From Pocillopora damicornis (Eukaryota): 64,000 bases of DNA. The notes beneath the pieces are model-generated. The model saw nothing but the letters and a program-made list of their open reading frames with translations, did no database searches and was not told the origin of the DNA. The stretch lies in assembly GCF_003704095.1 (NCBI RefSeq), contig NW_020844730.1:62001-126000 (forward strand), written 5' to 3'. The first letter of the stretch is position 1, and every line of letters starts with the position of its first letter. The translations under genes were made by a program, and so were the position numbers. Below, piece after piece: positions 23,734 through 35,499 of the stretch.

Positions 23734-25009
23734 AAATAGTTAGATAGTGATTCCACAGTCATTAAAGGTACTTTTCCTCAAGTTTTACTCAAGTTTTGTT
23801 AATTGGACTCTAGTTTCTAGTTCCGAACTTTTTAATTCCATAATTTGCAGACAATCCACCGTATATGAGTAATTTTCTGGTCAACATTTACGTGTCTAAT
23901 CGGTCATCATTTCCAGTTCTTCTTTGGATATTCAACTATGAGCCAAACCAAATTTTATATTAGGGTTCGGAAAGGGTGTCTGTAAGACCCCTCAAGTGGA
24001 ACAAGAAGTAGCTCTGATGCATCATGGTAATTAGGAAAAAGTTACAAATGACAACAACAGTTTTTTATTTCCAGGTGTGCAATAGATTTTACTCGTGATA
24101 ATAAAAAGTTAAGTTATTGAAAATGATTGAATCAACTATGGTTTTAAATTTTTTCAAATAGAGAGCGCACAGCCACTTGGAGATGGTAAATACTGATCGA
24201 GGAACGTGATTCGTTATTCATGAAATCTCCGCTGAGATGTACTTGACTTGTGAACTATTTCTCTAATATCGTTAAAAGTGAAATATTTTTTTAAGGTTCT
24301 CTATACTGGCAGCTCCGTGATTCTTCAAGGGAGGATTTTTTTTTCATATGCCCAACTACACTTCATTCATTATCCATGCCCAATTATTTTTAGAATTCTA
24401 CATGGCATCCTTAACAGATTAACGCTACAACCTAGGCACTTTGAATCAACCAGTTGTAGACCTGTTCAAAAATAATTGGTCAGCAAAACCAAGCATTGAG
24501 CATAACTTTAAAGTATTTATTTTTTAACATTTATTTCCATTTCTTATTCGTGCTTATGGCCGAATTATGATGATTGAAAATGTACAGGTAAATTTATCCC
24601 TAGAAATTGCCTAATCTTAGCAGTAACCATTCGAAATTCTGCAAGTTAAGAGTTACTTGATACATTTACAACACACGTGTAACATCTTTAACAAATGCAT
24701 CCTTTGTTACAACTAATGACATGCTACAGTGAGAAACGGAAATTTTTCTTGCTAATCATGACCCCCTTGGTTTATTTACAAGCAGAGGAGGATGCGAGGC
24801 CTTTAATTTATTACTGGTCATCCGTGCTACTGCAGCAGAAGTGTACGTGACGCGTCCATTTGCTAAGACTTACGCATGAAATGATGTTACGAACCACTCC
24901 ATCCTTTGTGTGCACCTTTCGCTGCTAAAACTGAAGACATAGCGTTTGTTTAGCTGCATGGCTAATGTCACAATAACGTCAGCATACAACAATAGCTCAC
25001 TTCTTGTTG

Positions 25010-25924
25010 TTATTGTCTACTACAGAATAATTTTATCACAGTTTGTTTAGCTGCATTGCGAATATCATGATCACGCCAACAGTACAGTAATGGATTTAGC
25101 AATGAATTCAGAAGTGCGCAAAGATAAAAGATCATTGCAAACGAAAATTTTGCATCTGTTGGATTTAATTTATAAGAAAATATAAAAGAAATTAGGAGAT
25201 AAGGGAGATAACAGACGAGAAAAATCATTAAAATATATATGGTATTAGTGAATGATTTTTTAAACCTGCACATGTCAATTAAATGTGGTGGAGTGTTCCT
25301 TTGTTCATGGATCTGAGCCTGATGGCGACGCATTACTTGGTAGATTTTAGTCCAAGTGTAAAACATGGCAACAAGGCAAACAGTTGTCACAACCAACATG
25401 ACTTGAGAAAACGCCACATTGCCAGAACTCCATGCTATGGATCCTATGCCACTTATAAACCATATGCACACCAATGCGATCCGTGCTCTTTTCTCTGTGA
25501 CTATTTCTGAGTATCGTAGATGAAAATATATCGCAAAGTAACGGTCAATGCTTATAGCTGTTACTGTAAAAAGACTTACTTCTTTAAGGAACGAAGATAT
25601 GATGGCATGGACGGTTGGAAACACGCATGAATTGAGTTTGTTTTGGTAAACCAAAATTTGCAATGTAATGAAACACGTTTCTGATATCAGTCCAGTACAT
25701 AAATCCGATAGGACGAGACCGCATAGAAGAATATTCGACGGTGAAACCCGTAAGCTAGAACTTCCCAAAATTGAAACAAGAACCAAAAGATTTTCCAGTG
25801 CTGTCAATATGGAGACGACGATGTGTAAAACCATACTTGTGATCATAACACCTGTGTTTTCAGACTCGTGAGAGATACTAAGACAGGTGAGCTCTTGAGA
25901 AATATTTCCCTTACCTCCAGTCAT
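25010..25924 (-). CDS. Class A (rhodopsin-like) orphan GPCR, intronless, melanocortin/adenosine-receptor-like anthozoan type; 304 aa
   Basis: ENLLVL (TM1), LVLSDL (TM2), SIDRYFAIYFHLRY (DRY), CIW (TM4), CYLPY (TM6), NSLLNPLLYCWR (NPxxY). Confidence 0.93.
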   Translation of the reverse strand: MTGGKGNISQELTCLSISHESENTGVMITSMVLHIVVSILTALENLLVLVSILGSSSLRVSPSNILLCGLVLSDLCTGLISETCFITLQILVYQNKLNSCVFPTVHAIISSFLKEVSLFTVTAISIDRYFAIYFHLRYSEIVTEKRARIALVCIWFISGIGSIAWSSGNVAFSQVMLVVTTVCLVAMFYTWTKIYQVMRRHQAQIHEQRNTPPHLIDMCRFKKSFTNTIYILMIFLVCYLPYLLISFIFSYKLNPTDAKFSFAMIFYLCALLNSLLNPLLYCWRDHDIRNAAKQTVIKLFCSRQ

Positions 25925-26844
25925 TCTTTCACTTTTGCGGTTCGTGAATTATCAATATAACTTAGAGCCTTCTTGAAACTGAATAATTGGTCTGAGTGTT
26001 TTCCAAAGACTTTAAAAGGACTCTCTGTACTGATGAAACAAAGCAAGGGCCGAACCACTAACAAGAAAGGGTAAAATTGGGAGCAGGTTCGTAAGGATAA
26101 ATGTGAAATCCAGCCGTCAGTGCAAGCCAGTACTGAACCAAAGATCACATCTGATTAAGTGATCGGACGAAAGAGTTTACTTATGTTTGTTTGTTTCCAA
26201 TTTTTCTTAATTTGAGACTTTGCCAGCTGCATGTCAATTCTATTTTGAAAACGTTTATCTGAAATACATTCAGAAACGAGAGGAAAAGCAACGAAAAGTA
26301 ACAAAACATGATAATCTTGGGTTGAAATGAAATTTTACCTCGCTTGTTCATTTGTTTTTTAAGATTTTTACTGCAATTTCCTCGCTTGAGAATGTGCTTG
26401 TCTTTAATTGACATTTTGAGGCCGATTGACAATTTGTTTTTATGTATTCAGGTTGTAATTAAAGCAATACATGCAATAAGTAGACGTAGCAGCATAAGTC
26501 AAACCTCCCACTGACCCTTGAACGCAAAACCTGTGCGGCACTTTATGAGAGATGCTCCTTCAAAACAAGATTTCTAGAACAGATCTGAGATTTTCAGATA
26601 GCGTTTATACCGAAAGATTTTTATAGGAAAACGCCACAATCGTGAACACAACATAGCACTCATGCTAATCATGGGAGAAAACTTTTACGCAAAAAAGATC
26701 CCTGTGTATTGACTTATTGACGTCCACTACAATTAATCAGATACAAATTCGAATAATCTTTGTATTGAGGAATTGTCTCTATGGCCTCCCTTCCATTCAG
26801 AACACAAAAAACCACAGGGGAAAAAACAATTCATGATCAGAGGG

Positions 26845-27018
26845 TACAATCGAACCTGTATTTAGCGGCACCGTATTCAGCGGTCACCCCGTATCAACCG
26901 CTCAGTGTTAGAAGTCCCTAATTTCTTTCCCACTGTAATATTCACCTCTATTAAACGCCCTTTTTTTTAAGTCCCAACGGCCTGTTTTTATTACCTCCCC
27001 ATGTATTGAACGGTCACT
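26845..27018. mobile_element. Truncated Tc1/mariner-pogo-type MITE fragment
   Basis: Begins TACAATCGAACCTGTATTTAGCGG with internal TATT(C/A)AGCGGTCAC-like repeats; no right terminal repeat seen. Confidence 0.4.
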
Positions 27019-29659
27019 GAAAGCAGGATCACTCAAAAAAAGAAAAAAGATTTTTAATCCATTTTTCTCTACCAAAATCAAAGTAAGTAGTATTTTCGAG
27101 CGAGATTCTGTACATCAAGTGGTCAGTCATAGCCTTAATAATACACATGAAAAAATGACGCGCCTTTGATTGGCTGAAAACGAGTGCATTTTTCATGTAA
27201 CACGATTGCAAAAACGCGTATGCTGCCAAAATCTCGTCACTCTATTTGCAAATTCTGATAGGCTGGAAAGGGATAGCCTGCGAGAAATTCGAGAAATTAC
27301 TCAGAGGTGCTGCGGCTTGAGTATCGTATAGCTGGAAAGGATTTTCGCCTCCCGCTCTGGCGTTCCACAAGGTCTTACAGAAAAGGTCAAAAATTGCATA
27401 ATTCCTGATATCTGAAAGAACAAGAAACCGAATCAAGTTATTGATTGGAATTGACATGTACAATAGACGCCAAGGAATGTCTCATGCGTCGATTGGTTAA
27501 ATAATTAATTCAGGGGATTCAGGGCATTATTTTAACCCCCTGTAACTGTTCATGGCTGTCACATCAACAGGTGGCGGTGAACGCACCGCGGCTCTACTGC
27601 GGGCGATTTGAAAACCGGGAGATCCTGGGGATGAAATTAAACTCAAGAGCGACTGACTTGAAAATCTGTAGCAAACTCTTTCGAGTTGTTTTACCTTTAA
27701 TACAATGTGTTTTAAGGTTCAGTGCGACAAGTGTGAGAAGACAACGTGGAAAGGTAAGCAACCGAAAAATAACAAGAACCTTTTTTTGAAAATATCAACC
27801 GAGATCACGTCGAAATGTTTTCCACGCTTGCCAAGTGTGTTACATTTGCTTGAGTTTGATGGTGACTCATAATTTACGTGTCTGGAAATTTCTAGCACAC
27901 TACACACACTTAAAGAGTAAATAGGCAAAAATATGTGAAAAATCTTAATAATAATAATAACAGTAGTGACAGGAAAAATTATACGGTGAATTCATATGTC
28001 ATACAGGATACACTCTTGAACGTGCTGTAATGATCACCTTGTAAGTGTAGTAACATCTTAGGCAAAGTTTCCGCACAGCCCCATACTACATTATGCATTC
28101 AGTTCTTGGATAGAGAAAACAATGACAAAAACAATACAGTTCCACTGGGAAAACAGATTTATTTTACAATGGTGTGGACCTATGCGGAAATTTTACCGGA
28201 GACATTTTTACTTTTAGTCTATTTGATTTCTTGTTCTTCTTATTTGAGGCTGTGGTAAACATGCTGAAGCAGTAATGAGGGATGTACCTGAAGACCAGAA
28301 GTGCAAGTGTCCTCGAGACAGGTCTGATAATTGAACCAGCAATCACTTGAGCTGACTTCTGTTTTCTTTTTTTTTGCTACCAGGTGAGCACTGTTTATGC
28401 CTATTTTGTTATTTAACTGTGTGTAATTTTTGTAACACTTAAGTTGCAACTTTTGATTGTATTAAGTTTCAATCTATCTGCTCTTCCAAACTGATCTCAG
28501 CGTAACTTGTCTCTACGATTTGAAATGTTATGGGATTGGAATAGACCTGTACGGACACTCCTATTCGAAAAATTTCTCCAGTCCTAAAAAGTGGGGTTCC
28601 CTGTTATGATGGAGGGTAAGGTGTGGTATATCACATGATTAGGAAGGTGCCAAATTGTTGAGAGCCGTATTTGTTATGAGTAAAATTTTATAGATAACAC
28701 AATTCTTTACTTGGGGCCAATAAGACTGAAAAATTCTGGGGAAGTGGAAGGGTTATTGAGTCTCATCTAACACTGTTTCAAGATGGAATTGTTTTGCATG
28801 TACTGTCTGCATTCTTCCAGTCTTCGTCAGATGATAAGGTCAAATGGTTAGACCATTACCACATGAAGCCTGTTCCTTCTCTGTGGATTTTTTGTTTTCA
28901 ATAGCTGGGAGTGGCACATTCCAATCCTCATGGATTGAGAGAGATTTCCCTCGTGTTTAGGTTCTGTTTAGACATCCATGCTGTCACAATTTCTCTCATA
29001 CTGTCTCAGCTTATGTCTTGATGAAATCACCCCTCTAATCCTATATTTGTAATAACCAGTGTGACAATCAAGTTTTAATTTGTACTAAAGCAGTAGTAAG
29101 TGGTGTTGTGTGCCATAAAATGAAATGACTTAATTATAATGAACTCCAAAGTGTGCTGCCAAATATAGATGGATGCGGAAGAAGAGAAATAAGTTGGTGT
29201 TACTGTTCCTCCATAGGCAATGGTTGAACTGCTTTAGGCAAACTTATTAATTGCCCGAGTCCCGCATTCAATGACTGTTGCAAACAAACATAATCCTTAC
29301 TCCTCTGATATCACAACACTAAATTTCCTTTAATTGCTGCAATAATCATTTACCAAACTGGTAAGGATGCTGTATAACAAAGCCCCTGCTTTTACAAGTT
29401 CATGATCAAATTTTGCAAGGGGCTCCATCTCCTAAAACCAATTTCATCAAGTCATATTAAGGATTTTACAGGGACAATAATTATTAATGAGTTGCAACTT
29501 AAGTGCAGTGAAGACTATGATTAATTTAACATCAAAAGCATTTGCATAAATTGGGCCTTTTGACAGCTTTAAACCTGTTTATTTATCCATGTTTTCATTC
29601 CACAAGTAAACTTGGAAAATTATTGAAAGTTTGGTGAGATAATCACTTCTTGCAAAACT

Positions 29660-29893
29660 GGGCCCAGCAAATGCTGATTAGCGTTAACCTAAGGTTAAAT
29701 TTTAATCCAGGTTTTTTTATTTCTTCATTCAAAAGTCTTTTAGGGAAAATTTTCACTATTCCTTTTAAAACATCCAGTGATCAAATTGCCATCAAAAAGA
29801 TTTGTACTGAATCTTCTTTTAAAGCTTTCAGACCTGAAATCAAATTTCACTCTAACCCTGGGTTTCCTTAGCCCAGCTTTGAACAACCCAGGC
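29660..29893. mobile_element. MITE, probable Harbinger-type non-autonomous element
   Basis: Left GGGCCCAG...GATTAGCGTTAACCTAAGG and right CTTAGCCCAGCTTTGAACAACCCAGGCC form degenerate inverted termini. Confidence 0.55.
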
Positions 29894-31130
29894 CTGAAGT
29901 GTTACCTAGGTGTGTGTGTAAGATCACTCTTCAGAGTGGTGATCTGCCACCACTGTCTGTGTATGTGGTAACAAGTTGCATTGCCCACAAGTTCTGTCAC
30001 CCCAAAGGAAGTCATGTCACCCTGAAGTATGATTCTGTTTTTTGTAAGTGTATTTTGACATAAGGTTAAGGCTTGGAGAAAGTTATTGAATTTATTTAAT
30101 TGGAAAATTATTAATGCAAATAACCAACAAGTTGTAAGTAATAGTAACTTGGCAATCCCTATCATCCCTTTTTCCAGAGATGGTTTTGATACTTGGGCAG
30201 TTGAACTTAAGTCAAAAGTTACGGTGATGCAAATTCAAGTTGGGGACAATAAAACCTTCTGGGGTGATGGAACTTGGGGTGACAGTTCAAGGGGACAATG
30301 TCACCTACTGTACAACTGTGTATGCCAGAGTACCAGCCAATTTACAACAACTAAAGTACTGATCTATTAATGTGACAAAAAATAATTTTGACACATATTG
30401 CTTTATAGGAATACAATTTGTGTCAGCGAACCACCACTCAAATAAATTCAATTTACTTGATTGCAGGTCCCCTTTTTTCTTTCTGTTTTCTATTCTTTTT
30501 TGCAGGTCCATCTTGTGGTGTTTTGAAATTGTGGAGAATCACAATGGAATCATCACCAGTACTGTTTTAAGTTTGTAAAATCGAGTAACTCACTGAAGTT
30601 GTCACAATTCTTTACTTAAAGATGCAATTTTCATCACTTGGTGTAGTCCAACTCCTTTCATTCATTCCAGATGGATTAAATTCATTATCAGCTATTTTAG
30701 TAATGTTTAAGATTTTAAAAATGACCTTTACAGACATGCATCTAGCTGCAGTTTTACTTGAGGTTGAGTGTATATTAAGTAATATACAGTGAGACACAAG
30801 TATAGTTAATTAACTTTCATAGTAACATACAATGTCACCCTTGTGAATACTTTCCGCTGGCTTCATACTATGTGTAAAGGTTAAAAATAGTTATCATATT
30901 TACTATGTGTATATAGAGTATACAAACAAGCTTTGACGTACTTCTAAAAAACTCCCTGATAAAGTCAGATATAATTTGTCAGACAAAAAGTGTAGGAGAT
31001 TTAAACAGGTTTTTACTACTTCAGTTTGTGCAGTGCTTCCCACTAGTTTATCATTAAAAAAAATGCCATCAGGCAGGGTGGACAAGTTGCCTCTCACCGA
31101 GAGTAGCTACATGTATTCAGTGGAACTCCA

Positions 31131-31280
31131 GAGCAAATGCAGTGAACTCAGGGTAACCATGAGCAAATGCAGTAAACACAGAATAGCCAAGAGCAAATGC
31201 AGTAAACAGAGTAACTAAGAGCAAATGCAGTGAACACAGGATAATCAAGAGCAAAGTAACGCAGTGAACACTGGGTAGCT
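31131..31280. repeat. Minisatellite, about 5 copies of a 28-32 bp unit (GAGCAAATGCAGTRAACACAG-type)
   Basis: Units start at 31131, 31161, 31191, 31219, 31249. Confidence 0.9.
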
Positions 31281-33819
31281 TAATTGGCAATGCTGCCTCC
31301 TTGGACTTAAATTCTTAAGAATACTCGCTGGAATCCTGACAGATGCTTGATCCGACAGGGAAACGAGGGGCTAACAAATTGATCTGACTGCTTTGGTCAA
31401 TTTGAGGGCACTATCTGAATAAATTATGTTTTTTTTTCTCTATATTGCCTCGGACAGGCAATATACGTTAAAATTCGGTTTCCTGGAAAAACTGGATTAA
31501 GGATCATCGGATCAAGGATCAAGGATCAGTTCAAAATGAATCAAATAAATTAAATAAATTAATAGGCGTAATTGATTGCTCATCTACGTAACTCAGTCAA
31601 GATCTCCCGTATTCTAAAGCGAAAATAGGAGAAAAAATAAAAAATCAATGTCCCTTATTTTGTCGGATGTGATCAAAAGTGTGGGACTAATGGAATTGGC
31701 ACTAGCCGCCAGAAAAGATTACTGGTCATCCTCTGCTCCAGTCAAGCAGCTCGTTAACATTATTTAATATTTTTTCAAGCTTGAAAATTGCGAAAAGTGT
31801 TAACATGTCCTAAGGTAGAGGAAATTCGAAAGTTCGTCATCCATCAACTTGATGATAGAAGTGTGTGAGATGTTTTTCGGTGTAGTAATTACTAGTAGTT
31901 ATTAATGAAAGTGAGATGATTTTTCAGTTTCGAAAGCGATTTTGATGAAAATAATATACTGTAAAATATTCCGAATTAAGGTGCTGTGGTGGCCTTATTG
32001 TGAAAAAGATTTACTTCATTCCTTGAAAGAGTCTCACTTTCAAAAACATTCTCTTTATCTCCTTTTAGTGGGAGTGTTTTAGTGAGAACCATAACGATAA
32101 TGTTGTGGAAACTACTTGACAAAAATTTTATCTCATCTTGTTTACTTTCTTTCAATATGTACACCATGGCCTCATTAATGTAGCAAAAGAAAGCTGCTTT
32201 AAACCGTTTGCCGTCATGAAATGTATGCCTTGCTTCTTGCTGATTTCATATCCAGTTCTCAAAGTCAACAAGTCATTAAACACTCCTGTGTTGAAGATAA
32301 ATATTCCTTTTTATTTGAAGAAAGCTACATGGTAGTAACGTAAAACTGCTATAAAATGTCTTGCGTTAGAGCATAAGCTGTTATCAAGTAGAATTGTTCG
32401 TAGTATGTTTTTAGCAAGCGGGACTTGATTTCAGTTCTCAGATAAAATCTGTATCTATATTGTCGCATGCTTATCTGTATTGCTTAAGATAAGAAAAAAA
32501 ATATATATATAAGGATACATCAATCTCATCAACGGTGAAATGTTAAGGAAACCTTACTCTTCCTCAGAATTATTCTCATTTTCCCAGATCTCAATACTTT
32601 GGTTTACTCTTTGAAATAAATGCGAGCATAGGGAAATTAATGAAAGATAACTGCGATGCGAACGCGTGTTACTATGAAGGTTTTTTTTTTATACCATCGC
32701 AGTAAGATTGCAAAATAATTACTGCACAAAAGCAAAGCTGGCTTTTTCCACTGTCGAACATGACCAGTTCCCGATTGAAAGATGACTTATAATGCAGCAG
32801 TTCAAAATTACCGGATGCTTTGGCTTGGTGACAATTTTTTTAGAGCAGAAACCGTAAATTTTGTACCTCGCCGCAACTTACGTACACTATTTGGATAAAA
32901 CATCATTTCATTTTTTTTATAAATTTGTTTGGCGTTCCCACCTCACCATAAATTGTGCAAAAAAAAAAAATTGAGTGCTTGAATACTGACGCTTTTTGGT
33001 CATTTGAATTGCAAAATCAGGTTTTAGGACTTGATGCAATTTTGAACAAATTTGCGGCATAAATACGTTTACATTTTTGTGGATATTTTCTTTTTGTTAT
33101 CTAAATTAGTTTGCGTTGATTTTGGTTTGGGTTCGTGTAAATTTTCGTCAAAAATTGGGTTTAGAATATTTCTTCATAGTGTGGAAACATATTATGGATT
33201 CAAAGCAGCCCACAATAGCAAAATTATTAATATTCCAACTGGTATTGTCGCTCTTAAGCCTCATCAGGAGCACAATAGCGACAAAAGAAGGCTTTTTTGA
33301 CTTTTTTCTTGTAAGTGAACATTTTGTTGGGTATTTCGCGGCATAAACGGCGTTTGACTGAGAATTTTGATAAGGAGAATCTTTCTTTCATTTAGAATCG
33401 TAAAACGAATAGTTATGACATCGGTTATATTTTCGATCGTTTACTACCGCATAAGACGCTAAGAGCACAAATATATTGATGACAATGTCACACTGACGCA
33501 CAAAGAACGTTGATTATTACAATCGTTCAACTGTGTCTAATCAATGCCTGTCAATCATGTCAAGTGCGGCGGAAAGAGATGTGAAATGTGCCATTGAATT
33601 ATCATCAATATCTCAGACAGCGATATAGGCGGTTGGATGTTTTTCCTGGCTCATGCAAATTTCCGTGAGTTAAAATCAAAGAACATCTGTTCAGCTTAGC
33701 TACCCAAGCAAAACTGAAAACTGAAACCGCCAGTTTAAAGCGCTAGCGCTTCGGCATGGGAGGTTGATGTTCTTTGAAGCTTCAAGGGATATAAATTCAT
33801 AATCACAACGGTTAAAGTT

Positions 33820-35499
33820 ATGTCTGAGGAAGGAGCGCTTCTGAAAACCGACGAATTAGGAACAAACTATGGGGATTTATTTAATCCCGACGAGGAAGCA
33901 GTTGAACCCAAGTCACAGGAAAGCAAGCAAGCCAGCCAGACGACATCTTGGTTCAACATGATTCGCGAGGCTGTTGCTATCAACCAAAACCTCCTCGTCT
34001 ACAAGGTTTTTTATTTCTTTTATTTTGCCGCGCTTGGCAGCCTCGTACCATATTTATCACTTTATTTTAAGCACTCGCTTTTGCTGCCAGCTCATTTTGT
34101 GGGCATCATACTGGCAGTGAAGCCTCTTTGCCTGTTTGTGAGTGCGCCAATTCTTGGAACCATCGCAGACAAGTACAACAAGGTCAGAACAGTGTTACTA
34201 ATCGCGCTATTCAGTTACATTGTCATGAATCTCCTTGTTGCTGTGGTTCCTCCTGTGAGCATAGATTGCCTCAGCGAAGTCCACGACAAACTGAACATTT
34301 CGCACCCAAACGACACCATTCATCGTCTCCATGGCATCACGAAAGAAAATCACGTAGAAGCAGGTAACATTACTTCAATCGGAAACACTGAGATGTGGCA
34401 AGAAGCCTGGCTTTTCGATCTTTACACCGAAATGGATCCGAAGATTTACAAGAATGCTAAAGTAGTGTTTCTTGTTATCTTGATAATCACCACAGTTGGT
34501 GAACTTCTTGGTGCCACGTCTAACACGCTCGCGGATGTGGCTACATTTCAAAACTTGGACAACCGTCCGCAGTACTACGGAGAGCAACGTTTGTGGGGGG
34601 AAGTCGGCTTGGGAGTATCAGCTTTCATTACAGGCTGTGTTGTACAGGGGCAGTACAAAAAACAGGTGGATATTTGTCCAGAAGACGTGTTTGACATTTA
34701 CCGACCTTTCTTTTACGTGAATGCTATTCTAATGGCAGTCGCTCTGTTTGTGTCGACCCGCTTTAACTTTCAAGATTCAGACAAGTATGTGAATGAAAAA
34801 ATTGCCCTGTTTAAAGGCCTACAGATATTCGGCAAAATTGAGTATTTGATCTTCGCCATGATTGCTCTTTTCCTTGGGGCCGCCTTAGGATCAGCGGAAA
34901 CTTTCCTGTTTGTTCACTTGGTAGAGCTTGGCGCCTCGCCGTCCTTATTCAGTGCACTGGTCGCCGTGCATTGTATCTCAAATGTTGCGATGTATTACGG
35001 CTCTATATACTTCCTTGAAAGCATCGGCCATATGAAGATGCTCACACTTGGGCTGTTGATTTACGCGTTGAGGTTTTACTACTTTTCCGCCATTGAGAAT
35101 CCTTGGCTGGTGTTACCGATTGAGTTTCTCCGTGGGCTGTGCTCGGCGTCTGTATGGTGTGCTCTGGCGTCCTATGTGGGCACTCCTCCCCGTGTTGGTG
35201 CTACACTGCAAGGTATTTTACACGGCCTGTACTACGGTCTTGGCAGAGGGCTCGGTCAGCTGATAGGAGGAATTTTGATTCGCAGATTTGGTACGGATCC
35301 GTATTTTCGCTACTTTGCTCTCATTGACTTTCTAGTGATGATCATTGTGGCGTTGCTGATTCCTTACTTGGGTCCGCGAGGTACAATATGGATGACTTTA
35401 TCGGGTTATTCCCCACTTCGCGCGCAAGAAGTCGATTGTTGTCCCAAAATCTACAGACTACCTTGCATGCAGAAGAAGAACTCAGACCAAGAGGAATAG
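33820..35499 (+). CDS. MFSD6-like major facilitator superfamily transporter (copy B), uninterrupted CDS, 559 aa
   Basis: KVFYFFYFAALGSLVPYLSLYFKH, GTIADKY, LADVAT..YGEQRLWGEVG, FLFVHLVELG, YALRFYYFSAIENPWLVLPIEFLRG, ATLQGILHGLYYGLGRGLG: MFSD6/MFS_1_like signatures. Confidence 0.93.
   Translation: MSEEGALLKTDELGTNYGDLFNPDEEAVEPKSQESKQASQTTSWFNMIREAVAINQNLLVYKVFYFFYFAALGSLVPYLSLYFKHSLLLPAHFVGIILAVKPLCLFVSAPILGTIADKYNKVRTVLLIALFSYIVMNLLVAVVPPVSIDCLSEVHDKLNISHPNDTIHRLHGITKENHVEAGNITSIGNTEMWQEAWLFDLYTEMDPKIYKNAKVVFLVILIITTVGELLGATSNTLADVATFQNLDNRPQYYGEQRLWGEVGLGVSAFITGCVVQGQYKKQVDICPEDVFDIYRPFFYVNAILMAVALFVSTRFNFQDSDKYVNEKIALFKGLQIFGKIEYLIFAMIALFLGAALGSAETFLFVHLVELGASPSLFSALVAVHCISNVAMYYGSIYFLESIGHMKMLTLGLLIYALRFYYFSAIENPWLVLPIEFLRGLCSASVWCALASYVGTPPRVGATLQGILHGLYYGLGRGLGQLIGGILIRRFGTDPYFRYFALIDFLVMIIVALLIPYLGPRGTIWMTLSGYSPLRAQEVDCCPKIYRLPCMQKKNSDQEE

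Noticed and set aside
31131-31280. CRISPR-like repeat/spacer appearance
   Set aside because: Spacers are only 11-13 nt and related to each other; eukaryotic context, no cas genes. It is a minisatellite.
4510-35327. Short ORFs overlapping the GPCR and MFSD6-like CDSs (e.g. 4933-5124, 6050-6346, 16772-17008, 25283-25510, 34128-34367)
   Set aside because: Shadow frames of real genes with no independent evidence.
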